DNA of 64,000 nt, taken from Cyanidioschyzon merolae (Eukaryota). The DNA is taken from the NCBI GenBank assembly GCA_000091205.1, contig AP006500.2; one strand, written 5' to 3'. The position numbers were made by a program, and so were the translations under genes. Within the stretch, counting starts at the first letter, position 1, and each line of letters begins with the position of its first letter. This document shows, piece after piece, positions 33,656 through 44,747 of this stretch. The notes under the pieces were generated by a model, which saw only the letters and a list, made by a program, of their open reading frames with translations, searched no databases and was not told the DNA's origin.

Positions 33656-34370
33656 ACACGTAAAGTGAATACCCTCAAGATGCCTGCTATCGTCCGCTGC
33701 GGCATTCTCCAAAGCGCGTATCCGCTTGTCGTGGACGCGAATACTGCGTGTCGGCGCTGCAGTTCCGGGACGGCCGCAGGGCCCGCAAGCGCGACACGCC
33801 TCGCTGGCGCGTTCCCGCTGGTAGCTGTCAACGCGAGCTTGTCGTGGGCTTCTCTGCCCAGAGCCGCTGTTATCGGAACCCGGGTTACGGTACTCAAGTG
33901 CGGACAGTGCAGGCAGGGGTCCGCCTAGGTCTGCAACGAGTGCCGCACTGGTCGGCGCCCGCCAGTTCAGATTCGAAGCACATGCCGAAGCGCGTCAGTG
34001 TCACCAGGTCGCTATGAAACGCCAGTGACACTCTCTCCAGATCCAGATACCCAAGTGAGTGACTTATGCTCCTTCAGCGAGTGTCAAGTTCCCGGTGCAT
34101 AAGCTTGCCGAACTGGCGCAGCATGCATCCTGCCAGATGGAAGCAGTTCGATGGTTCACGCTCGCTAGCCTGACGGATCATCTGTAGTCTTTTGTACATA
34201 CCAGGTTTGCAGCCCAGCGAGCCTGGATTCCGATGAAGCACTCGACCGCGATAGCGTACCAGGTCGTCTATTGCAGAGCACGACTTGCATCGATTCTGGA
34301 ATACCGCCACCAAACGCCGTTCGAAAGTCGAACGACGCCAACGGTGTACAGTAGTGGCGAGTGACCCGCC

Positions 34371-35400
34371 CTAGACAAGACGTCTCCAAGTGACGTGCAG
34401 ACGCCATCCGATCTTTCTCGACCGGCCACCTACGACTACTGCTCCCAACTTCTTCTCATATAGTTCGACTTTTGGAGGTTGTTCCACAAAGTTCTCCCGT
34501 GTCAACTCTGGAGGTCTCGTCTCTATCACCGCACATCTCCTTATATTGGTAGCGGCATTAAGGTCTCGGTTCACAAACTCCATACGTTTCTTGCAATCAT
34601 TGGTTGTACGTACTCATGCGAGTAGCCCTCGAAGTCTCGCTCTCCTTTCCATTTGCTCCTCCGTCAGCGGTCCATACTTTTTTATATCTTCAGGGCTCCG
34701 CTGACACTTTTCCATCTCCACTGTCTGAAGTGTACACCCCTGTTCATGGTGTGTATACGAGGTTCGGAACTCATCTACAGGTATCGTAACGAAACGCCGT
34801 GCGCCCTCCTTGTACGTTCTTGTCGTTGGAGCTGGCGTAGTCCCTTTTTGGGTCTTCCATCGCCTTGCTCCGTACGCTACGACGAGCCTCTGATTTCCAT
34901 CCTCCTTCAGGTCACTCAACTGATTGAAAAAATTCGCGAACGCCCGCTGCTCCCCACAATACAAATTCATTCGCAAACGAGCCCGCCGGGGCTTGGTATA
35001 CTCCTCCCACAGCGCATCCCAATGGGCAACGCGAACTTTCATGAATTTCCGAAAAGCTGCAAAGTCCGCGCCTCGTCTAGTCACCTCGCTCAAAGCTTCC
35101 AGGTGCTCTTTCATTCCTGAGTTCCAAGTCTCGATTTTCTTCCTCGCATTCATTATACCGGATTCTCGATAGTATCTTGCTCTCGAGAGCCTCAAAAGAC
35201 GCATGTCTTTCTGACGTAAGTTACCATCAGTCCCATCTTCCGCACACTTTGGTACAGAGATGGTTATGATGCTCGTATTCCCAGGGTCCGCGCCAACGAC
35301 AAAGTCGTTATCCTGCACCTCCTGCATCGCAGGATCCGCATCATTCTCATCTACATCCTTCGCCAGGGGCGAAGCCGAGGACGGACCAGGAAGCGGGCCC
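34371..35400 (-). pseudogene. TnpB-like / Fanzor-type RuvC nuclease, copy 2; the N-terminal half is missing and there is one in-frame TGA
   Basis: DFVVGADPGNTSIITI (Asp 35286-35288), QRLVVAYGARRW, PVDEFRTSYTHHEQGC (Glu 34770-34772) and EFVNRDLNAATNIRR (Asp 34563-34565). ORFs 34614-35327 and 34371-34583 are in the same frame, separated only by TGA 34614-34616. Homology to copy 1 runs upstream to about 35400 (GPLPGPSSASPLAK vs [12 protein letters not shown]) and then stops. Confidence 0.75.
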
Positions 35401-35401
35401 G

Positions 35402-36323
35402 ACGGCGCTGGAGGTGCAGAAGAACGCGTTTGTCGTTGGCGTGGATCCCGGGAACACCCACATCGTTACCATCGCAGCACCCAAGCGTGAGGAAGATGGC
35501 TCTGTCGGCAACTTACGTCAGAAAGACATAAGTCTGTTGAAGCTCTCATGAGCGAGATATTACCAAGAATCCGGTATAATGAATGCGACGGAGAAAAGTG
35601 AGACATCGAACTCAAGAGTGAAGGGAATTTGGAAGCGATCAGCCGGGTGACGAGCCGCGGAGCCGACATTGAAGCGTTTCGAGAGGTTATGAGCATTCAC
35701 GCAGCTGATGACGAGAGCTTTTGGAAAGAATGCACAAAGTTCAGGTGGGCTCGTCTGCGTATGAACCTGTACTGTAGGAAGCAGCGAGCATACGCCAGCT
35801 TTTTCAATCAATTGAGCGCCCTCAAGGAGGACATGAGCCAAAGGCTCGGAGTAGCATACGGGGCAGGGCGCTGGATGACCCAAAAAGGGTGTACACCAGC
35901 TCCAACGACAAGAACGTACAAGGAGTGCGCACATCGTTATGTCGAAATACCTTTAGATGAGTTTCGAACATCTCATACACACCACGAGCTGTGTTGTACA
36001 CTTCAGAGGGTCGCGATGGAGAAAAGCCAGCGGCTCGCTGACGGAAATGCAAATAGCAAGGAGGGCGAAACTTCGAGGACTACTCGCTTTGGTTCGTAAA
36101 ACTAATGATAGGAAGAAACGAATAGAGTTCCTGGACTGAGACTTTAACGCCGCCATCAGTATAAGGAAATGTGCAGTACTGGAAAGAAGACCCCCGGAGT
36201 TGGCGAGAGCCAACTTTGCGGGGCAACCTCTTAAAATGGAGTGATACGAGAAGAAGTTGAAACCAGTAGTAGGTGGCCAGTTGCTGAACGCCAGCACAGT
36301 CGTCTGCACATCATTGGGTAGAC
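35402..36323 (+). pseudogene. TnpB-like / Fanzor-type RuvC nuclease, copy 3; the N-terminal half is missing and it is heavily disabled
   Basis: AFVVGVDPGNTHIVTI (Asp 35444-35446), QRLGVAYGAGRW, PLDEFRTSHTHHELCC (Glu 35959-35961) and EFLD*DFNAAISIRK. In the last motif the Arg codon of NRD is TGA (36137-36139). Further stops lie at 35549-35551 and 36242-36244. There are frame changes near 35620 and near 36030. Confidence 0.7.
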
Positions 36324-36661
36324 AATCGGTCTACGGCGGACGGTGTGAGAAACGCCACCATTGTACACTGGCTTTCCAGCGTTTCTCTTTTGCAAGGCGT
36401 TTGGTGGTGTTTCCAGAGACGAATTGTTTACCAAAAACGTCTTCTATCGATCTTCGAAACCAACGTGCTGCTTCCTCTGTGCGGCACGGGGCGTACGCTA
36501 TGCGCTTTTCTGCTGATTGACAGCGGAAGCGACGAGTCCGGTTACTGCCTTGAAGACTTTGACGCTTTGGAGAGACCATCATATCGATGGTTTCAGTTTT
36601 CTGACCTCCTCCTAACCACCACGCTCGGATCTCTGTTGCAACGGCACGCGCAGCAGCTCTC

Positions 36662-37610
36662 ATGGCAGCCAAAGCTGAACCCGGGCATCGAGAGAGTGGA
36701 AAGCTGCATCAAAGGTGGCGGAAAGCCAATGAAGCTGGTTATCTGAGCAAGCTTGCATCACCTGCAGAGCTGCGAGCACTCGTCCAAGCGAAACTGACAC
36801 CCGAGGAGCAAGTGCGTTTTGGGATGCAGTGTGCAGGGCTGGCAGCCAAGGCACTTGAGGTACTCGACAAGTCGCTTACATCTTTAGAGCAAGACATAGA
36901 GAACGAGTCTTGTGACTGGGAAATAGAATCGGACGATGCCATGGACCGTGTTGCGAGACGATTCCTTGCCGATCTCGAACAGCTAAAGCAGACTGGCAGC
37001 ACGCGTCGACTCACCCAACTCAGTATTTGGCGTCGCATCAGTCGCTAGGTCGTACTGGCGGAAAGGCGAGCATGAACTGCAGGCTGAAGGCAGTCCTCTT
37101 GTGAGGCAAGTCGCGAAGATCGCGGACCAGGCATCCAAGACTCCGGGATACCGCCAGGTCGTTGCCTGGGAGCATCTGGAAGAGCTCGCAGATGCGGCAA
37201 CTGCAGATGGTGTATTCGGTTCGCAGTCGCGGTCGATGTCACGTATCTTACGTCGCCCAGAAAGTCGGTTTCGACTCTTGCTCACGAAACTAGAGCTTGG
37301 TGAGGAGCTCTGCACACGCGACGAGCGGCGTTTGATGCTAGCATTGGATACCTCTGATGCGAGACTTGAACCCGAACGCATGCGCTCGAGGAAGAGGGCA
37401 CCTGGTGGAGCGCAGGATGGCGCCTCTGCAAAGCGCGACCACGGGAGGTCTGCATCCGTTTCGTCGTCGTCGTCGTCGTCGTCGTTAGAGCCAGAGCACG
37501 AGGATCACGTGCACCCAGCGGCCAAGAACGCGTCTTCCGCGAGAAAGAAAAGACGACATCATCGGCGACGATCATCCAACAAAAACGAAACCCTGGAGAA
37601 TCCTCAGTAA
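36662..37610 (+). CDS. hypothetical coiled-coil / Ser- and Arg-rich protein; reading frame split into two ORFs (36662-37048 and 37101-37610)
   Basis: ATG at 36662. The second frame is already open from 36987, so the two frames overlap at 36987-37048 and a single 1-nt indel would join them. No family recognised. Confidence 0.35.
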
Positions 37611-38604
37611 GCTAGCATTTGAGCGAGATTGCTGCCGAATCATCGCCGTGCCCTGGCCCAGTGGATATCGCATGATGCATCGTTTACAGCGTTTCAGTCA
37701 TGATCCTGGGTGGTGATTATCCCCGCCGGAATACCTCAGGACTAGATCGCGGATCGTTGGAAGCTACGCTCGCGTCCATCGCGTGTACCATGCGCTGCAA
37801 AAGTGGTGCTTGTCTGCAGCTCCTCAAAGAGCACATGATCGCTTGCTGTGCTGCGAGCACCACGCCGCCGGCCTCTGTCGGCAAACGCGCTCAAAGGCGT
37901 ACTCGCGACAAGCATGAATTCAGCAGGAATATTGGCGCTGGTTGAGGCACTGCGACTGACTATCGAGAGACCAATCTCAGCAACCGCAGCATGCGTCGAT
38001 CACTGGGGCGCAGCTTAAACTCCAGCAGCGATGCGGCAGTGTCAGAGCCAGACCTGCAGACTAGTGGACAGAGCGCAGCATGCCTCGTTCTGGATTTCGC
38101 AGAAGTACCCGCCAGAGACGCTTTTCAGGGTAGCCAGTGGCGGATCGCGTCTATTTCGCTACCGGGAATTCGGACGGATTCCGCGTCCAGTCGACCGGGG
38201 ACGGTTCACGCTCTCCACTCGGACGTCAACGCGTTTCACTTTGGTGATGAAGGTGCTGCATTCATCGACCGACCAGTCTGCATGACGATTCGAAGAACAT
38301 CGGGCGGAATCTTTGATGCATACCTCTGGAGCATGATTCGCAGAGGTGTACTTTTTTGCGGGTCGTCGAGGTGGAGCGTGTGGCGAGAGCCACATATTTG
38401 AGCGACCTCGCACCGGGCGTGATCCAAGTCACCATTCGGCTGATGCTCAAGCGTGCCTCGCGTACCCGACATGTCGTTGCTCACCTTCGTGATGCTGGTG
38501 TGCTTCTGTGGGTAGCGCACTTGCGCCCGTTTGCGAAGCGTAGCGGACCTTGAGGACAAATGGCACGCTCCAGCAGCCATGCGCTTGCATAGGTCATGCA
38601 TTCA

Positions 38605-39449
38605 TCATGTGATGCTTTCCAAAGCAGCACCCAGGGCGTGGTCATCAAACACGTCGTGGAAATCCCAGAACTGCACATTCCAGCGGGGGTGGTAGCGCCG
38701 ACACCAGCGCTCAAACCCCTGGATATATGCGGGTCGCAGGTGCGCATCCAAAGCGTTCCGGAACGCCACCATGGACTCCTCGATGATCGAGGGATCCATG
38801 AGAATGCTCCCCGACAACGGATCCAGCATCACCTTGACCGGAACATGCTCATAACCCCAGAAAGGCAGTTTCGTCCCGATATCGCCGACCGCTGCCCATC
38901 GGAATGAAAACGGCACATGTCGCTGGAACGCTGCAGCGAAAGCGCGATTCCCGACTCGAGGCGACCCAAAAGTCACACTCATCACCAGATCCGATGACAG
39001 ACGCAACGACTGTGAATTCTCAAAACACGTCATATCGAGGGCAGCGATGCTTGCCAGAGCCCCGCCGAGAGAGTGACCTCAAAAGATCACCGGTTTGTGG
39101 TTGCAAGATGCACTATCCAAGGAGTTCATCGCACTACACGGTTGCGCTTCGCTCGCATCTGCATCTGCTGCTGCTGCTGCTGCTGCTGCATAGGTCAGTT
39201 GAGCGTTCTGTGCAGTCTCTGCTTCCCAGCGGCTGGGGTGCCGGCTGCACTGGGGTCCGCGCATCGAGATCCTATCAGGTTGAGGCTTTCCGAACGATAC
39301 CGTCCATCAGGAAGCTTATCCATGATCCACGAATGCATCCTGATGTGCTGTTCAAGGAGCAGGTTGCTTCTTTCCATGCATAGCTCATGCACCGCTGACA
39401 GGTGCCGCGTACGGACGCACGCACGGCTCGCGCAAAGCCGCCCAGACAC
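38605..39449 (-). pseudogene. class 3 (fungal/plant-type) triacylglycerol lipase, disrupted
   Basis: The nucleophile elbow GHSLGGALASIAAL (39061-39078, minus strand) is immediately preceded by an in-frame TGA (39079-39081). Downstream are TFGSPRVGNRAFA and VGDIGTKLPFWGYEHV. The upstream part (..MHSWIMDKL..) is in another frame, so there is also a frameshift at about 39195-39264. Confidence 0.65.
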
Positions 39450-39767
39450 TCAAAGGCGTCTGCGAAACCGTTCCATCAAATCAGACTTGACGCTAAAACG
39501 ACAGCACTGTTCTGGTTGCAGCGTAACGTGGACGCGTCCGTATCGGAGTCGAGGTCTGGTCCTCGGGTCCAAGCAGCGTCGGTGCATCGCCTAGTACCTG
39601 GTTCAAACGAGGGAACACCTGCGTGGATGCGGCTTCATGTGGAGTGTCCTATTTGTACAGTATACGACAACGATGCGCTGGAGAGGATATTTTGGAACAA
39701 TCATATATATTTAGGACAATAGTCCGCCGAGCGTTTCGGGATTTCAAATGCAAACGCCTCGGAACGG

Positions 39768-42700
39768 ATGCGCCCGTCGGCCGGGCACACTGCGCAGCTG
39801 CAGCGCGCTCCCGCTCCAAAACACCCTATCGCTCTAGTTCACAAAACACTTCAAGCAATGACGTCTGCGGAAGCGTTTCTGCTCCCGTTCCATTGGGAAG
39901 ATGTGGTTCTGGATCCGGACCTCAGGAGCAAGCACCCCGCGAGAGGGCCGGTTGCTCCGCGCTACGCCGTTTCCGTGGACGCATTCGACCTCTCCGACCC
40001 TGATATGGTACAGAGCGCTGTGGCGCTCGCCTCCGGTCACGTTTCCGACCATGCTGCCAACGCGCTGCTCATACCCGAAGACGTTGCGGAAAACGAAACC
40101 ATCCAATGTTTGGACTCGCTTGCCGGTGTCGATGGCGACCAGTCCCTGTCCTGGTGGCTCGCTCCTCTGAGCGACCGAGCAGCAGCGCAACTGCGCGCTC
40201 TTCTTTGGTGCATTCATCACTGGTGCGGACTGAATGACTTCAGCATCCGGGCACAGCTTTTTACTTGTGTTCAACACGGGATCAAGCAAGCACTACACGT
40301 CATGCGGAACGCAGCCCGCGCTGAGCTCAGTGCAGACCCCGCAAACCGAACCGGTACGGATACCTGGCGCTCTATTCTTCGCTTGGTGGCGTTCGTTAGC
40401 GCCCACTGGCTGCAGGCCGTGGAGCGTGAACTTGCTGAGGACGCTGTCGCCTTAAGTCTGCCGCTTGCCGGTACCTCTGGTGGCAGCAGGGTAACTCGTC
40501 TTGAGAGCAGCTCGGCGCGCACAGGCACCAATCAAGGCGGCACACCGGCGCGCTGTCGGGCGAAGCGCCCCAACCTTCGCAAGAAGACGTCTCGTTTCAT
40601 CGTCGAGTCGGATGCTTCCGATGAGGAATCGCCAGCATACGCAGAAGACCAGGCAACGGTATGCACCGGGGACTTGCCTGGAGAACGCGAGCATGCTGGT
40701 CCAGAGAATTCATGGGCTGAGCTCTACGAGGGCGAGCGCGAGCGTCTCCTAGAGGCATTCGGTGAGCTCCTGCGCCAAGAAGGCATCATCAAACTCGCCT
40801 TTCCCTCAGCAATTCCCGAAGACGCATACCTCTACCTGTTTGTGCGCACGTCCTGTGCCTTGCTCGAGTCGCGTCTGGTATGTCGCAAGGAGCGAGCACG
40901 AGCGCTGCTCGTTGATCTCATCGTAGAGTGCCTCTCGCGCTACGGACAAGCTGGTCGATTGTGTCCCATTCTCGTTCACAGTTTGCAACGGTATGAGCAT
41001 GTAGCCCCGGTTCTCGTCGATATCGTGGTGGTGCTGTGTCAAGATGACGCTGACAGCGGCAACACGCAGCGCCGCAGCGGCTCTAATACCAGGGACGCGC
41101 TCCAGGAATCGTTGACTCGTGGCGATGTACCAGCGCTCTCCGTCAGCCAAGCCGGACGCGATGACTGCATTCGAGACCTGATGACGCAAGTGACCCAGAT
41201 TCCTATTAGTGAACTCGCTCGTGACAATACCTGTGCGCGTCATGTTGCACGGTTTCTCACGGAGCTTGCAGAGCGCTCTCCTGGGACGCTGGTTCCCTAT
41301 TTTGCTGCATGGATTCCGCATTTCGATGGTGAGGCATACTCCGTTCGTAACGCGCTTGTGCAAGCCTTTGGATGTGTCCTGAAGCATCTGGCAGAACACA
41401 GGAGCCCTGAGGCTGTACAGGCGCCTCACCAGGAGCCACACGACGAGTCCATGACGCTCCAAGAGCGCCTGCTGCAGTTGCTCTTGCGACGCCTGGATGA
41501 CGTGCATGCTTTGGCGCGCTCGCGGACGCTCCAGGTCTGGCAACAGCTCATCGAGGCTCGTTGTGTACCCGTCAGCTTGTATGCTACCCTGGCTGCTCAG
41601 GTCGCGCAGCGGCTGCAAGACAAGTCGATGCACGTACGCCGTGCTGCCCTGCAACTTATTGCCGTTGCCATCCGGTTGAACCCGTTTGCTGATCGTCTGC
41701 AGCCGGCATTGTTTATACAGCGCCAAGCTCAGTGCCTCCGTATAGCGCCCGATGACCCCGCCTCAACGTTCGAGATGCCCTTCGCGTTAGCGCAAGAAGG
41801 TGCTTCTTTCTATGCGGGCGCAGCTACTTTTGCGGAAATTCTCAACAAAGCTATCCCGCTGGTCAGCAGGCTGTGTCGTTCCCGTCAGAACGGTGACGTG
41901 CTCGATGCCATTCGTGTCTTGTGCACAGCTTACCAGTTCGAGGTGCCAGCTGCTGTGGCTGAGGCACCCAAGCAGACTTTACGTCTGGGTTTATCCCGGG
42001 AGGAAAGCGTTCAGACAGCAGCGCTCGATGCCTTTTACACCATGTGCTTCGTTCTGCCGCTGGAACAGGTCTTGCGCTCGACAAAGCAGCAACAAGATAT
42101 GGCACTCGCGACAGAAGCGCTGCAGACCATGGGTGTCTTGGCCATCACCAGATCCCTGGTGTCGCTGGTCGCTCGGGCTACTGTTGGCGAACTGACCTGC
42201 TTCGAGCGACTCTTGCCAGCATTGTATCGCAGTGAGCGCCTCGCTCCTTCGGTCCTGCAGTGCTGGTGGGACGTGCTCGCCGGTCGAATTCCCGGTGCGA
42301 ACTTGGAACTCATCCGTGGATGCACCTTCCTCATTCAGTGCGTCGTATCCGCAAAGCCACTCACCAAGTCGCAATGCGAGCTGCTGCGAGAGCACGCGTT
42401 TACTGATCTGGTGACTGCCCGTTGGGCCTGCGCGGCACTTACCCACGGTCTAGCAGCCCAGTCGTTAGACTCCGAAGATGGACTGCTTGTCGGCAAGGTC
42501 GAGGCGCTGCTCGTCGACGACACCAGGAGTGTGTACTGGCCAGCAGCCGCTCAGGCCGCTGTCACATGCCTCTTCCATTGCAGCCGGGATCCTTCGCAGA
42601 GCGTTCATCGGGTTCTGCAGCGCCTTGTGGAGCGGCACCAGGTTGCACAGCAACAGGCGAGAGGCTCGCAAGGCAGCACGGCTCATGGCGACGTGCACCA

Positions 42701-44237
42701 AGACAAACCGCAGGTTCGTTGCGCCAGCTCTTGGCTAAGCCGCCTCTTCACCGTGGGCAGCGCTTTTGCTGTGCACCAACTGCACTTTGCCGTGAAGAGT
42801 GTACGCGCTTGTCTGCGCTCCGAGTCGTCGACGAACCCGGTCGAGACCTGTCTCGCCGAGGCAGTTGCGCAGCTGCAACTCGACGATGCGTCAAAGCAGG
42901 TGGAGGCAACTTTGACGACACCGGCAACGGGCCAAGCGCGACGTGCTCGTCAGTCGCACTCGAAAGCGGCCGCGTCCGTTACGGAAGCTAGCGTCGCGCA
43001 CGTTGGTATCGATCCCGAGCGCCTCCAGTACCTGGAAAGTCGTCTGGATCAGCTGTGCAGCGTGCTGGAGACGGAGCTGACGGCACCGGAGGCACCTCTG
43101 GCGGCGCTGGCACCACTCGCTGCCCATGTGCTGTTACGCGCTTGTGCTTGGACACCGCAGTCGCAGTCGCAGTCGCAGTCGCAGTCGCAGCCTGCTGCAT
43201 CTCTCGAGGACGACTCCAGCGTTACCGCAGCGCAGACGCCTGTGCATGGCGCCCGAGTCCAGCCTCGGTCTAGCGCGGACAATACACTCGGGGCTGCTGC
43301 CGCCCTGTGCCTGGGACGACTCGCCTGTCTCCACGAGTCCGTTGCCGAGCGCTTCCTGCGTGTGCTCTTCACCGCCCTGCAACAAGCATCCAGCGCTGTA
43401 GTGCGCATCAACATTGTGGTCGCACTGGGTGACCTGGTTGCCCGCTTTCCCAACCGGCTCGAGCCGTGGACAGATCAACTGTATACGGTACTGCGCCAGG
43501 ATCAAGACGCTCGGGTGCGTCGCTATATGCTCATGGTGCTGACGCACCTCATTCTTAACGAAATGATCAAAATTAAGGGACACTGGGTCGACCTGGTGCG
43601 CTGTCTGCAGGATTCTGACGCTAGCGTCGCGCGACTCGCTCGAACACTTTTCACTGAAATGCAGCGTAAGCGCGTCAGTGCAGCACAAACGTTCATGCTG
43701 CTGCTTCCGGACCTGGTTTGCAGTCTGTCCCAGGAGGAGGAGGCGGAGGAGGAGGCGGCAACGCTGGTTAGCGGGCACGCACCGAGCCGGCTCACAAAAC
43801 CGAAAGCTCTGCAACCGTCCATATCCACGGAAGCATTCCTGGATATGATGCAATTCCTCTTATCGTTTGTGCGCCAGGAGCGTCTGACAGAGCACCTGCT
43901 GGAACGTTTCTGTTACCGTCTGCGGGGTGCCGCCGATGTGCATACTGCACAACGTTTGGCGCTGTGCCTGCCGCTGTTGCACTGCACCAGCGAGCGTTGT
44001 CTCCGCCGTCTCGTGGAGCTCAGCAAGTGCTACACGCACTGGCTAGCAGACGGTGTCGTAGCGGAGGCTCTGTCCCATGTGCTGGCTCGGGTGCAACGAG
44101 CCGCCAAGCGCCCAGAGCAACGCGAACTCGTCCAAGCGTTCGCACAGTGCCTCGCACGCGGCGCACATGTTGATCAGGGCGTTGGTTGTCACGGGATCAG
44201 CACTGGCGACAATGACGACGATGATGACAAGGGTGGC

Positions 44238-44275
<38 letters not shown>

Positions 44276-44747
44276 GATGACGACACCCGCACGCGTGCCC
44301 CAGCACCTCAGCAACAGCAACAGCAGTAGGTTGTCGATGCTCAGGTCTCCAGACGCGGACTCGCCCGTACTCTGGACACCAGGAGCACCTACAGCAACGA
44401 CAAGGGCAATATCAGCGTCTACATCGACTCCGAAAAACGCGGCTGGTGTGCCTGGGAGCGCTGCACTGTGCACACCAGGCAGCGGCTGGCGAACACCGGC
44501 AAGTGCGCGGCAACTTGCACGAGCGCGTGCTCGCACTGCAATGCAGCAACTACTCCAAGAGCACCTTCATCACCGTCATAATCATAACCATCGTAGTCAT
44601 TCTCGTAAGCAACAACAGAACAGCACCAAGCTGGAGCGTTCGCCCTCGTTTGATCAAGTGACGCCTGAGCGAGGTCGCTCGACAAGTCGTCGTCGTCGTC
44701 GTCGTCGTTGTGCGGGCAGCCCAGGGGCCTCGATACGTTCGCCCTAG
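39768..44747 (+). CDS. condensin complex non-SMC HEAT subunit (CAP-D2/Cnd1-like; D2 vs D3 not resolved)
   Basis: Cnd1 C-terminal domain: VRINIVVALGDLVARFPNRLEPWTDQLYTVLRQDQDARVRRYMLMVLTHLILNEMIKIKGHWVDLVRCLQDSD. HEAT-like repeats run throughout the 1659 aa. ATG at 39768 (alternative ATG at 39858). The tail has low-complexity A/Q/R/D runs. Confidence 0.85.

Noticed and set aside
34031-34063. Extension of copy 2 / copy 3 tail homology to ggatctggagagagtg (c2) vs gcatcgagagagtgg (c3, about 36688)
   Set aside because: It is an isolated match of about 11 nt with no flanking similarity, and in copy 3 it falls inside the next ORF. I treat it as coincidence.
37040-37085. A tiny GT...AG intron (gtcgtact...ctgcag, 34 nt) joining ORFs 36662-37048 and 37101-37610
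   Set aside because: The stop codon TAG (37046-37048) would remain in the upstream exon with that donor. The size is also implausibly short, and no other gene in the window needs an intron.
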